A DNA stretch of 64,000 nucleotides, taken from contig NW_005434504.1 of NCBI RefSeq assembly GCF_000315625.1, forward strand, positions 36,617-100,616, read 5' to 3'. Positions 30,972-40,999 of this stretch are shown here, in pieces. Numbering within the stretch: the stretch's first letter is position 1; each line of letters starts with the position of its first letter. The stretch is from Guillardia theta CCMP2712. Lineage: Eukaryota; Protista; Cryptophyta. Made by a program: the position numbers and the translations under genes. Below the pieces are notes generated by a model that saw nothing but the letters and a program-made list of their open reading frames with translations, was not told where the DNA came from and ran no database searches.

Positions 30972-31862
30972 ATGGCCCTGCTGGCACCGCAACCGGAGTA
31001 CTTCTATCGGCAGTTCCCCAATTCCACCCTTGATTCCAACCTCGATCTCATGCGCTCCATCTCGTCCAACCCGGAGGTCCTTGACCTCATCGACGACCAC
31101 CTGCAGGGGCAGCTGTGGGAGGACGTCAAGGAGTTCATCTCCGCGAATCCCGACATCCTGGATAGGTTGGACGGACAGACGCTGGCGGGGTTGAAGGATT
31201 GGTGGCACAAGGCAAAGGAGAAGGCAAGACATGTTTACCATTATATGACGGGAAAAAACAAGGATAAAAAAAAGACGGAAGCAGATGAAGCATCGGACGA
31301 GGAACAAGGGGATGACCAGCCAGCCGCAGCCACTGCAAGCACCCGCTTTGCCACCACCATCCGTGGCTGCAGGACCGTCTCCCCCGCGGACCTCACCCAC
31401 CTGAAGCTCAGAATCATGCAGGACCCGGACGTCCTCGATGACATGAACGCCCACCTCCGTGACGGCCTGTGGCAGGCGATGAAGGGCGTCATCGCCGCCG
31501 ATCCCGCGTTGATCCACCACCTGCCGTGTATGGTCGGGGGGATGTGGGACAAGTTGAAGGATGCGGCAAATCATGTATACAATGGCGCAAAAAACATGTT
31601 ATACGATCATAAACATAAGGACCACCTCAAGTCCCACGAAGAGATTGAAAAGGATATAGCAGAGCACGAGAAACAACGTGCAGAAAACGAAAAAACAAAC
31701 GAGCTGCGGAAAAAGCTGGAAGAAGCCAGGAAGAACGCAGCGGAATCGAAAAAATACACCCGGAGCCCATTCCAGCCTGACACCATCGGCATCCGCGTCC
31801 CGGTCTACGGCGGGGATGGGAGGCTGAGCGCCTCGATGCTGGAAAGGTACGCTCCCCACTAG
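30972..31862 (+). CDS. Protein with two internal repeats, each followed by an amphipathic helix
   Basis: NPEVLDLIDDHLQGQLWEDVKEFISANP and DPDVLDDMNAHLRDGLWQAMKGVIAADP; ATTTAAG at 30925-30931. Confidence 0.8.
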   Translation: MALLAPQPEYFYRQFPNSTLDSNLDLMRSISSNPEVLDLIDDHLQGQLWEDVKEFISANPDILDRLDGQTLAGLKDWWHKAKEKARHVYHYMTGKNKDKKKTEADEASDEEQGDDQPAAATASTRFATTIRGCRTVSPADLTHLKLRIMQDPDVLDDMNAHLRDGLWQAMKGVIAADPALIHHLPCMVGGMWDKLKDAANHVYNGAKNMLYDHKHKDHLKSHEEIEKDIAEHEKQRAENEKTNELRKKLEEARKNAAESKKYTRSPFQPDTIGIRVPVYGGDGRLSASMLERYAPH

Positions 31863-31892
31863 AAATGTAGACTTTTTACACGGTGCAGTAAA

Positions 31893-32195
31893 TTAGTTTT
31901 GAACAATCTTATCATACAACCGCGTCATGGACCGGACAAACTCCATCCGGTCGCGGGTGAGGGTGGGGCACTCGCGGAAGAGGTGCTGAACGACGTGCTC
32001 GGCGGTCTCGGCTTCAGATAAAAAAAAGGCAGTATAGCTAGGCCGGGAGTCGGCAGCTGCGGGGCCGAGGATGCCGTTGATGATGTCGGTGAGGTCGATG
32101 AGGTCGGAGGCGTCGGCCTTGCGCTCCAGCCTGACGCGCTTGGAGTAGGACGGCTTCCCGACCCCACAGGGCGCGCCCGACTTGGAGCGCATCAC
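31893..32195 (-). CDS. Hypothetical protein (100 aa)
   Basis: ATG ORF tiling with neighbours. Confidence 0.55.
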   Translation of the reverse strand: MMRSKSGAPCGVGKPSYSKRVRLERKADASDLIDLTDIINGILGPAAADSRPSYTAFFLSEAETAEHVVQHLFRECPTLTRDRMEFVRSMTRLYDKIVQN

Positions 32196-32223
32196 CTGTA
32201 GCTCATCGTCACCCGAGCAGATT

Positions 32224-32595
32224 CTAAATACACCCCTCCCAACGACTCACGGTAAACCGCGTTGCAGTGCGCTTCTTCTCCACGAGGAGCTGCGTGGGGA
32301 TGCGGAGCTTCAGCCTCCCGTCGGGGAGGCGCTCGACGTTGCGGAAGCCCTTCGTTAGGCGGACGTGCCGGAACATGGCCTTCTGGATCCTGAGGCTCAG
32401 GGTGTAGTAGCCCTCCCCCATCCGGATCGCCGGGAACTGGTCCTGCAGCCCCCCGCCCGACGGCTGGAACCAGCTGCAGTAGCACTCCCTCCTCACCAGG
32501 TGCCGGATCATGTCACGGCAGCACGGGCTCCGCTCATGCTCCCAGGCCTTGCCCGCCACCACCAGCTGGTTGCGGGTCAGGTCGACCTGCTTCAT
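32224..32595 (-). CDS. Small basic hypothetical protein (123 aa)
   Basis: GC3-biased ORF. Confidence 0.6.
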   Translation of the reverse strand: MKQVDLTRNQLVVAGKAWEHERSPCCRDMIRHLVRRECYCSWFQPSGGGLQDQFPAIRMGEGYYTLSLRIQKAMFRHVRLTKGFRNVERLPDGRLKLRIPTQLLVEKKRTATRFTVSRWEGCI

Positions 32596-32733
32596 TCCCT
32601 CCCCTCCCCCTTCGTCCCCTCACCCAGCGACCTCCGTGGATTGAGCCTAAAAGGACTTGCTGCACGGTGTCGATGCACCCTGCCGCATATTTAAAGATCA
32701 TTGCACACGCGTCGGAAAGGGCACGGTTGTACG

Positions 32734-33858
32734 ATGTACCTGTACAACGACGGTCAGAAGATCGACCTGATCTCATACACTGAGCTGGCGAGGAGAGCTC
32801 CGACTATCAAAGAAAACTTGAATATGGCTATTGCTGAAAAAAGTCAAAAGAGTAAAAAATTCAAGAAAGACATATCAGACAAGAAAAAGGAGATATTGAA
32901 AGCGATGAGTAAAGGTGAATCAACAGATGAGAAGGAAGAAGAGCTGAAAATACTAATGGATAATCAAAGGAAAGAGGTAAACCTGGTTTACATGGATGTC
33001 GTAATTTCCGATAGCGAAAGAAGAATAACGATTAATCTTCTACCAAGTGGATTTTTAAATCACAGTCCTCTATGGGACGACAATTCAGAAATTTCAATCA
33101 TCGCAGTTCTGAAGATACAACCATCTATCTTCCTTGGAAAGGTCCGCACACCCTTCGACCCCAACCAGACACTGATCCAACTCAACAAGAGGCTGGTCAA
33201 CCTCGAGATCACAGACAAGAACATCGAACAAACAATCAAAACCATCGACAACTTAAGTGGATCATCGAATCCTGATGTGACAATGGCACCAGCAGGAAGC
33301 AGTCAGTTCAGCATGATGGGTTCCGCATTTTCCGCCCCGCTCGACTTGGACTCAATCAACGTCCAGGCCTACCTTGGAGCCAAGTTAGAGACCAAGACAC
33401 CCGAAAAGAGGGAAGAGATCAAAACATTGCTTGAAATGACAGAGAAATACAACGAAATCAAGGAGCGTATGATCAAAAAAACGATTGCCATGCTAGAGAA
33501 TGCATATGGAACTACTATAACCCCAACCACGAAGAAAACAATAGCTTTGATCCAGGGCCTACTTCTATTCAATAAGACCATCCGTGTCCGTGGCAATACA
33601 AACACATCCCTTGCCAAGGCACTGAAGGCAGCCGCGAAGAATCCGACCGGGGAGAAGAAGGAGAAGAAACAAGCTACGACAGCAAACACCCCGTCGCACA
33701 AGCTCGCCAAAGAGCGCGGTGTAATACCCCCGGGCAGTAACAAAACAAAGAAGGGGAAAGGGAAAGGGAAAGGGAATGCAAACGGTAAGGGAAAAGGGAA
33801 AGGGAATGGAAAAGGGAAAGGGAAAGGGAATCAGAGAGGTCAGGCAGCCAAGAAATAA
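32734..33858 (+). CDS. Lys-rich protein with a C-terminal (KG)n tail
   Basis: Tail KKGKGKGKGNANGKGKGKGNGKGKGKG; TATTTAAAG upstream. Confidence 0.8.
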   Translation: MYLYNDGQKIDLISYTELARRAPTIKENLNMAIAEKSQKSKKFKKDISDKKKEILKAMSKGESTDEKEEELKILMDNQRKEVNLVYMDVVISDSERRITINLLPSGFLNHSPLWDDNSEISIIAVLKIQPSIFLGKVRTPFDPNQTLIQLNKRLVNLEITDKNIEQTIKTIDNLSGSSNPDVTMAPAGSSQFSMMGSAFSAPLDLDSINVQAYLGAKLETKTPEKREEIKTLLEMTEKYNEIKERMIKKTIAMLENAYGTTITPTTKKTIALIQGLLLFNKTIRVRGNTNTSLAKALKAAAKNPTGEKKEKKQATTANTPSHKLAKERGVIPPGSNKTKKGKGKGKGNANGKGKGKGNGKGKGKGNQRGQAAKK

Positions 33859-33940
33859 TGGGAAGAATGGCACGCCCACTCTTTTGGTACGTATTTAAAG
33901 CCATGGAGAGCGGTATCGGAAGAGCTGGGAGTGACAAGCC

Positions 33941-34717
33941 ATGCCCACCTACTCCAAGCAAAATGGCAAGATCTACAAAGGTAGCTGGAACAAGGAGAAC
34001 ATGCACCACCAGACCTTCAAGAAGGCCCTGGCGGACAACCAAATCGACCATCACAAGATCATCTTCAAGGCAGACGGGTCGGTGATGGCCCAGGAGCTCG
34101 ACGCATTGCCTATCTGGAGGAGTGACCGGGTCGATGTCCTGGCAAACATTCACGACGGTGACTACCTGTACCTCCACATGGTGGACATCAACAACATGAA
34201 CGCCGACAAGAAGTACGTCCACTTCTACATCCTGAAGAGCAACGCGGAGGTGGAGCTCGGCAAGGCCGGCATCACCGAGGAGCAGAAGGCCATATGGACC
34301 AAGCGTAAAGCATACGACGAGAGGATGATGAACGAGGCGAAGGCACTCGCCATGCAAGGCAAGCTTGTAAAGTGGCAGACAAGATTGTACAGCAAGCCCA
34401 TCGAAGCCAAAGACATACAGGAAGGTGACTTTGATGAAGTTTCCATGTGGAATCCAGCCACGGGCATGCCAACGCGCTACAACCTGGATTATTGGATCGT
34501 ACTCTGCAACGAGAACAAAGCCAAGAAGGTGTCTACCCCCAAGTTGAAGCAGCTCAAGCAAGAGAAGAAGGCAAAAGAGGCCATGAACGCCAACCCACAA
34601 GCCATGGTGACGGGAGCGTCGCAGTTCAACGGCGGCATGGACTCGGACTCGGAGCTTTCGGAGGACGACGACATCTCGGGCGCGCTGAACTCGGCGGCCC
34701 GCAACCTCTACATGTAG
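33941..34717 (+). CDS. Hypothetical protein (258 aa)
   Basis: GC3-biased ORF; TATTTAAAG upstream. Confidence 0.8.
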   Translation: MPTYSKQNGKIYKGSWNKENMHHQTFKKALADNQIDHHKIIFKADGSVMAQELDALPIWRSDRVDVLANIHDGDYLYLHMVDINNMNADKKYVHFYILKSNAEVELGKAGITEEQKAIWTKRKAYDERMMNEAKALAMQGKLVKWQTRLYSKPIEAKDIQEGDFDEVSMWNPATGMPTRYNLDYWIVLCNENKAKKVSTPKLKQLKQEKKAKEAMNANPQAMVTGASQFNGGMDSDSELSEDDDISGALNSAARNLYM

Positions 34718-34789
34718 ATTCCCATATCATATTATCATCATAAACGTTACGAAATTTACTCTCATGTTAGTTTAGAAAGACTTAAAAAC

Positions 34790-36499
34790 TCAGAACGAGT
34801 CGGCGTCCTCCACGCTGGGCGCGGCCCTCTTGCGGCAGGTCTTGGCCTCCTGGGTGGCGTTCCCCATCCCGGGGACGGAGGGGGCGCGGGAGGAGGAGAG
34901 GTTGAGCTGCATGCAGAGGTAGTTGGGGACGGCCTGCATGTCGAGGTCCACGGCGTAGCCCTCCGGGTTGAGCTTGGGTCCGAGGTCGATGTGGACGCGG
35001 CAGCACTTGGGGACGGGGTAGGACGCGTGGTAGGGCTGCCAGTCCATGGACACCGATGGGTCGACCGGGAGCTCCTTGGAAGGGTCCGACAGGACGCGGA
35101 GGTCGAGCCGGACGATGATCTCCCGCTTGAGCTCCTTGCCGTCCTCCTCGAAGTTGAAGAAGCGGTGGGTCTCGTGGACGAGGCAGCGCCGCACCGCGTC
35201 GAAGCTGATCTTGGCGTTGCCGTCCTTGCGGATCACGACGGTGCTGTCCCGGGTCTGGGGGGCGTGGAGGAGGAAGCGGAGCACGTCGTCGTCCGTGCCG
35301 GCAGAGACGTCGATGCCAAGCAGGCGGAGGAAATCGATGATAGGGGCGGCGCGGTAGACGAGCCTTTTCTTCCACGTGTCTTCATCAACCTTGTAGGAGA
35401 CCCAGGATTTGACGACCATCAGTTGCAGGCACCCGCAGCTCGCGGCGATCTCGAGCAGCTGGCACGCGCGCTTCACGGTGGAGCAGTTCGTGTACCGCAT
35501 CAGCGTGGGGCCGTCGATGCGCACCTCGTCGATCATGGACTTGCCCATCTCGAAGTCGAGGCAGGCGTTCGAGATCGTGACGCCGGCGCCGTCCGGGTCG
35601 ACTGAGGCCCGGAGGAGGCTGGAGACGCTCCTCAGGAGCATCACCTCCCCGCCGTTGCTGAAGAGGTAGTTGGAGCAGGGGCGGCAGCCCTCGGGGGCGT
35701 AAGTCTTGCACACCTCCGTGATGGTCTTCTGCTCCTCGAAGGTGGCGGGGAAATCACCCATCGCGGGCACGAAGGAGTACAGTGTGAGCGGGATGATCTC
35801 GATGCTCTTGATCGTGACCACGTCCCCCGGAGTGTCGACCTTCGTGGCATTGTTCGGCTTCAGGAAGAGCTTGACGAGCGTGAAGGGGTGGATGGTGTCC
35901 ACATCCGGGAACAGCGCCCTCTGCCCGGTCTTCTTGTTCTGCTTCTCGAACTCGAAGGTCTTTGTCGTCGTCGAGAGCCGCAGGGTGCAGCCCGCCTGGA
36001 CCAGGGTAGCGACGTCCTTCCTCACGGCGCCCTTGTACTGCTGGTTGCTCTCGTGCTTGTCGAAGGAGTAGATCATCAGGCCGCGCCTCCCGTCCGCATC
36101 GACATGGATCTCACTCAGGAACTCGGCGTTCTTGAGCGGCTTGTCCTCCAGCGGCGCCTTACCCCAGCCCGCGGAGAAGGGCGCCAGCACCACAAAGTGG
36201 CTCGGCAGCGACCTGGAATCGCCGCCCGACATCGTCTTCGCCTGGTTGAACACCCCCAGGCGGCAGTACACCGGGTCCACCGCCATCGCGATCACCGTGG
36301 GGAGGTTCTCGTGGCGGTCCTCCGGGGAGGGGAGCGCCAGCCCCTCCAGCCACAGGTTGCTGGGGTGGAGGAGCGGCTCGGGGACCAGGAGCTCCGTGTT
36401 GACGGTGGCTTCCTGCATAGCTTCTGCGGTAGCTTCTGGAGCCTCATCGACCTCCATGGAGGCATCGGACTCGGGGCGGTTGTTCTTCTTCATAGGCAT
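34790..36499 (-). CDS. Hypothetical protein (569 aa)
   Basis: Long ORF with strong GC3 bias; no recognisable motif. Confidence 0.85.
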   Translation of the reverse strand: MPMKKNNRPESDASMEVDEAPEATAEAMQEATVNTELLVPEPLLHPSNLWLEGLALPSPEDRHENLPTVIAMAVDPVYCRLGVFNQAKTMSGGDSRSLPSHFVVLAPFSAGWGKAPLEDKPLKNAEFLSEIHVDADGRRGLMIYSFDKHESNQQYKGAVRKDVATLVQAGCTLRLSTTTKTFEFEKQNKKTGQRALFPDVDTIHPFTLVKLFLKPNNATKVDTPGDVVTIKSIEIIPLTLYSFVPAMGDFPATFEEQKTITEVCKTYAPEGCRPCSNYLFSNGGEVMLLRSVSSLLRASVDPDGAGVTISNACLDFEMGKSMIDEVRIDGPTLMRYTNCSTVKRACQLLEIAASCGCLQLMVVKSWVSYKVDEDTWKKRLVYRAAPIIDFLRLLGIDVSAGTDDDVLRFLLHAPQTRDSTVVIRKDGNAKISFDAVRRCLVHETHRFFNFEEDGKELKREIIVRLDLRVLSDPSKELPVDPSVSMDWQPYHASYPVPKCCRVHIDLGPKLNPEGYAVDLDMQAVPNYLCMQLNLSSSRAPSVPGMGNATQEAKTCRKRAAPSVEDADSF

Positions 36500-36652
36500 G
36501 CTACTCTCGCGTGGCGGGAATAGTCTTGGGACGGGCGGCGGCAGGACGGGCTACTTGGAGGGAAAACCCCTGTTTTTTTTGGGTATTTCAAAAAAAAGAA
36601 AAAAAAACACAGGAAAAAAAAGAACTAGGGGTGGGCTTCACTCCCACACAGC

Positions 36653-36841
36653 ATGGTGATAGAGCAAGAGGAGAAGGAGAAGCGAATCCGCTCCCTCGCT
36701 CTCTCCATCGAGCTCATCAAGAACAACACAACCTACACACGCGCCGACGGTATCCAGCAGAGCTTCAACTACCGGGTGTCTGTTAACTCCCCCTCGGGTT
36801 GTTTTTTAGAAGTCACGCAAACCAATGACCCGACATTGTAA
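36653..36841 (+). CDS. Small hypothetical protein (62 aa)
   Basis: ATG ORF after an A-tract region, filling the gap. Confidence 0.4.
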   Translation: MVIEQEEKEKRIRSLALSIELIKNNTTYTRADGIQQSFNYRVSVNSPSGCFLEVTQTNDPTL

Positions 36842-36861
36842 TTGAAGGATCAAGCTTCGTT

Positions 36862-37530
36862 TTAGGTCTTGTCTGGTTGTTTAAGAGCGAACATCATGAT
36901 GAAATGAAAATGAGATCCTGAAGTATGCTTCTGTATGTTATCCAAAAAGTTGCTGTAATTAAATTTTATTCCGAATCTTTCGTTGATCTCTTTTTCCATA
37001 GTTTTCATTCCACGTATTATTTGATCGAGATGAGACAATCTGTAATTCATTATCATATATGGGTCATTCAATGAATGGATATACAACAAAGCACCTATAC
37101 GATTCTCTATGCCGATTGAAGTTACGTTCAATATATCATTATTTTGTTTCTGTATGATATCAAAAAGTTTTCCACGTTCGTTCAATTCTTCGTAATAAGC
37201 ATACAAGGATTTAGTCAAATAACTAAGGGTTCGATTCAATGATGCATTTGTAACGAAATTCGCATTTCTGAATTTAACTATTTTGTCAATGATCGCATCA
37301 AGATCATTCGCATACTGTTCAATGTTCATAATGTCATTGTGCAGATTCCCAATGATTGAATCTAAAGCTTGATTTATCTTTAATAGATCCACTTGCAAAA
37401 TTTGTTTTAGATCATCTTGCATTTCTTTCATCATTTCCTGGTACAGATCATGAGCAGTGTCCAACTTTACATAGATGTCATGCTCGCTGAGCATCATTCC
37501 CATGTGCTTCTTGCACTCCGCGTAATCCAT
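36862..37530 (-). CDS. AT-rich helical/coiled-coil protein
   Basis: ATG at 37530 after a (GT)n(GA)n leader and TATATAAAA. Confidence 0.7.
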   Translation of the reverse strand: MDYAECKKHMGMMLSEHDIYVKLDTAHDLYQEMMKEMQDDLKQILQVDLLKINQALDSIIGNLHNDIMNIEQYANDLDAIIDKIVKFRNANFVTNASLNRTLSYLTKSLYAYYEELNERGKLFDIIQKQNNDILNVTSIGIENRIGALLYIHSLNDPYMIMNYRLSHLDQIIRGMKTMEKEINERFGIKFNYSNFLDNIQKHTSGSHFHFIMMFALKQPDKT

Positions 37531-37683
37531 CTCTCTCTCTCTCTCTCTCCACACACACACACACACACACACTCACCGTTTTATATAGCGATGATCACCC
37601 TGTGATGGGCAGCATGTAGTGGGTACAGGTCTGATTTAGCCAGTACCCCTACAGAGACTGACATTCAGGGGTGGGGTACTCTG

Positions 37684-38083
37684 TGGTACTAAATTGAGTA
37701 ATTTTATAATTACTAATAAAGCCCAGGCCCCCAGGGAAGGCCCCCCCTTGGCCAGAATCTGAAAACCGTTAAACCGTTAAACCGTTGAAAACCGTTAAAA
37801 TTTATATTTTGCATATATTTCTTGCATTGGTAAAAAAGTAGGACAGGTAGTAGTAGTAGTAGTAGTATAGTAGTAGTAGAGTAGTAGATAGTAGTAGAAG
37901 TAGAGTAGAGTAGAGTAGAGTAGAGTAGAGTAGAGTAGAAGTGTCCTACCATTGTCCTACTTTTAACGGTTTAACGGTTTAACGGTTTAACGGTTTAACG
38001 GTTTTCAGATTCTGGCCAGGGGGGGGGGCTTCCCTGGGGGGCTCGGCTGTATTACTATTATAAAATCACTCAATTTAGTACCA
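37684..38083. repeat. Palindromic element P2: inverted arms with (AAACCGTT)n around a (TAG)/(TAGAG)n core
   Basis: Arms TGGTACTAAATTGAGT...CCCCAGGGAAG..TGGCCAGAATCTGAAAACCGTT and the reverse complement; inner IR AAAAGTAGGACA/TGTCCTACTTTT. Confidence 0.95.
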
Positions 38084-38145
38084 TAAATCACACCACCCCT
38101 ACATACACTCTCCGTGTAGGGTGGGGTACTGTGTCCTACCGCGTC

Positions 38146-39516
38146 CTACCATCGTCCTATCCTCTCCTGAACCGCGTCTAGGATGCGGTCGAGGACGGGG
38201 ACGAGCCTTGGGGTGAGGTGGCGGTTTGCGGCGGAGGTGATGAACCATGCGAAAAGGTAGGACAGTGCGGCGAAGAGGGTGGCGACGCGTCCGAGGCGGA
38301 GGAGGCGCATGAGGGCGGCGAGGAGGGCGGCGACCGGGTACTGGTAGACGAGGCCGAGCCTGGCGATGGGGAGGTGCTCGGAGAGCCACCTTGGGAGGTC
38401 TGCGGCGGCGGCGGCCTGGTGGAGGGAGCAGAGGAGGATGAAACCTGCGGGGACGGCGCGGGAGACGACCGGGTCGAAGTGGGTCATGCAGGGGGCTCCG
38501 AGGGCGATCCTGGCGCAGAGGGCGTCGTCGGTGGGCTGGGTCTGGTCGATCTGCGAGACCCACACGAGGAAGTGGAGGAAGAGGATGTGTCTCCAGTAGC
38601 GGATGGCGCGGATGCCTGCCCAGTGGAAGACGCCCGCGGTGGTCCTGCGGCTGATGTAGATGTAGCAAACGCAGCCGAGGGTGTACTCCGAGAAGCGGGT
38701 GAGGAGGAAGCGGAAGGAGTAGTAGAAGTGGTTGTCGCGCATGTTGACCGAGGTCATGATGCATGACACGGAGATCTGGAAGAAGATGTTGGCCATGTTG
38801 ACGTACTCGTGCCTCTCGGGGAAGTTCCTGACGGTGGTGGCGATGGCGAGGCGGACGAGCGGGAAGGCCGTCCTGCAGAGGAGGAGGGTCATGAGGATGG
38901 AGGTCGACTCGTTGAAGAGCCTGTAGTGGGCCTGCTGCTGGGTCTCCATGAAGGGCGAGAGGTAGAGGAGCGAGCCGAGGTTGATGGCCCAGGTCATCGG
39001 GCTGGACCACAGGCCTTGCGCCATCATCCCAAAAGGGATGAGGAGGAGGTTCACCAGGGCGAGGTGCGGGTAGACCTCCGCGTTGACGTCGTAGAGCACG
39101 CGCAGGGGCTTGGCGTCTTCACTCCAGTAGTGGTGGGAGTCGGCGCAGCCCGTGAGGATGAAGAGGACGGTGACGGCGTCGACGGTGATGCTCTCCATGG
39201 TCTGCAGGACGCAGAAGATGTTGCTCCGCTGCTTGTCGTCGTCGTCGGCCCTGGAGAGCACCAAGGAGGTGTAGAACGCGAAGGTGACGATGAGGCAGAG
39301 CGACTGGGAGGCGCGGACGAGGATGAAGGTCGTGTCGAGGTCCAGGTCGTCGTCGTCGGTGTAGTCGCCCGGTGGGATGCTTGGGTCGTTGGCGGTGTCC
39401 CTGCTCGGCGGGTAGACGAAGGCGTCCCTCTCTCCCTCCTCGCAGGCCTCGTGCAGGTTCATGGGTTCCTTCTTGGGGTTTTCGTCCTTGGCATCCTGAT
39501 CGTGGATTTCCTTCAT
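38146..39516 (-). CDS. Divergent acyltransferase-3 (OafA-like) membrane protein
   Basis: About 10 TM; AVTVLFILTG resembles VxxFFxLSG and TRFSEYTLG resembles RLxEFxxG. Confidence 0.55.
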   Translation of the reverse strand: MKEIHDQDAKDENPKKEPMNLHEACEEGERDAFVYPPSRDTANDPSIPPGDYTDDDDLDLDTTFILVRASQSLCLIVTFAFYTSLVLSRADDDDKQRSNIFCVLQTMESITVDAVTVLFILTGCADSHHYWSEDAKPLRVLYDVNAEVYPHLALVNLLLIPFGMMAQGLWSSPMTWAINLGSLLYLSPFMETQQQAHYRLFNESTSILMTLLLCRTAFPLVRLAIATTVRNFPERHEYVNMANIFFQISVSCIMTSVNMRDNHFYYSFRFLLTRFSEYTLGCVCYIYISRRTTAGVFHWAGIRAIRYWRHILFLHFLVWVSQIDQTQPTDDALCARIALGAPCMTHFDPVVSRAVPAGFILLCSLHQAAAAADLPRWLSEHLPIARLGLVYQYPVAALLAALMRLLRLGRVATLFAALSYLFAWFITSAANRHLTPRLVPVLDRILDAVQERIGRW

Positions 39517-39651
39517 CCCTCCCTCTGGCCTTCCCGTGGTCCTCCCGCGTTTATGTAGCGCCGGGTCGCGGCGGGGTGAAACCTGCCTTGTGGGGAACGG
39601 CGCGGAGATTATATAAGCGCGCGGCTGGGGCTGGATGGTACTGATTCCATC

Positions 39652-40011
39652 ATGGATCGTGAATGGAGGAGAAAATGGACACTCAGGCCCGAGCTGAGAG
39701 CGTTCCTTGAAGAGGAATCTGTCCCTGCATCCAGCTTCAGTACAAATCTGAGTCATTCACAGTTGAGTGCTGAACAAATCGAGAAAGAGAGGATCGTTAT
39801 CTCATCGGATGACGAAAATTCTAAGCCCTGCAAGAAGAAGTGTACCAAGGCCAGCGCAAAGAGTATCAAGACCAGCGTGAATAATGCCAAGGCCAACACG
39901 AAGAATCTTTCCCCCAGCAAGGAGAAGGAAGTATCCAACGAGAAGGTTACCAAGGCTGCGGACAACAAGCTCTCCAGTGATGATGGGGAAGAATGGGAGG
40001 AGTTGAATTGA
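39652..40011 (+). CDS. Small charged protein, paralogue A
   Basis: TATATAAG upstream; ends SDDGEEWEELN. Confidence 0.7.
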   Translation: MDREWRRKWTLRPELRAFLEEESVPASSFSTNLSHSQLSAEQIEKERIVISSDDENSKPCKKKCTKASAKSIKTSVNNAKANTKNLSPSKEKEVSNEKVTKAADNKLSSDDGEEWEELN

Positions 40012-40322
40012 GTATCCGGCGAAGAGTAGTATACCCTTCTTTCCCTCCCGCTCCCGCTTGCGTAGTGAATTAAAGTACGAAAGAATATCCCCTCGTGGTC
40101 TTGTTGAAGCCTGTCCCGTGGTGGACGGCGCATGTATTGTATTTTAGGACTTACGCGGTGGGATTGGGGGATTGGGGGCTGCGTGTTGGGTGCAGGATAT
40201 ACATTCTCTTGTTCGTGGCGGGGGATGGTCCTCGTGCTGGTGGGGGGTGAAACCTGCCTTGTGGGGAACGGCGCAGAGATTATATAAGCGCGCGGCTGGG
40301 CCTGCATGGTACTGATTCTATC

Positions 40323-40814
40323 ATGGATTCTGATCGGATGGAAGCAATGAAAGTGGCAGAGTTGTTTACCGAGGTCTTGCGCGAATTGGGTAAACTAGAG
40401 AATAAGAATGGCAACTTGAATACATTCAAGGTTGCCTGGGAGAAGTATCGCAAAGTTTTGAAAGCAACCATGGTCGACGAGCAAACTATGGTCGACGAGC
40501 AACCTATGGTCGACGGGCAAACTATGGTCGACGAGCAACCCGTGGTCGATGAGCAAACGTTTGAAAAAATACGCAAGAACATGATGGCTGAGACCATTCA
40601 TGAATTGTTCAAGCGTGGCATCTTGTTCGAAACGATGGACGCTATGCCGTGCTTACACAGGAATACGAAAGCAAAGACGAGCGATCAAGAAAAGAAGAAG
40701 ATGGATGATGTACACAACACCCGTGCAAACGACAAGCCCCTCGGCGAGGAAGAAAAGGACCGCGAGGAAATGGAGGAAGTATCCGACGATGAAGAATTAG
40801 AGGAATTGAGTTGA
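40323..40814 (+). CDS. Small charged protein, paralogue B, with five MVDEQx repeats
   Basis: Same upstream block; 18-bp repeats at 40470-40558; ends SDDEELEELS. Confidence 0.75.
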   Translation: MDSDRMEAMKVAELFTEVLRELGKLENKNGNLNTFKVAWEKYRKVLKATMVDEQTMVDEQPMVDGQTMVDEQPVVDEQTFEKIRKNMMAETIHELFKRGILFETMDAMPCLHRNTKAKTSDQEKKKMDDVHNTRANDKPLGEEEKDREEMEEVSDDEELEELS

Positions 40815-40999
40815 GCATGCGTAGAAGAGTAGGCAAACCCTTCTTTCCCTCCCGCTCCCACTTGAGTAGTGAATTAAAGTACGAAACAATATCCCCTCGT
40901 GGTCTTGTTGAAGCCTGTCCCGTGGTGAACGGCGCGGGTATTGTATTTAGGACTTATGCGGTGGGTTTGGGCGATTGGGGGCTGCGCGTTGGGAGCGGC

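Noticed and set aside
17471-38083. P1/P2 as MITEs or true telomeres
   Set aside because: The outer termini differ between copies, there is no TSD, and the TTTAACGG tracts are only 3-5 copies long and internal.
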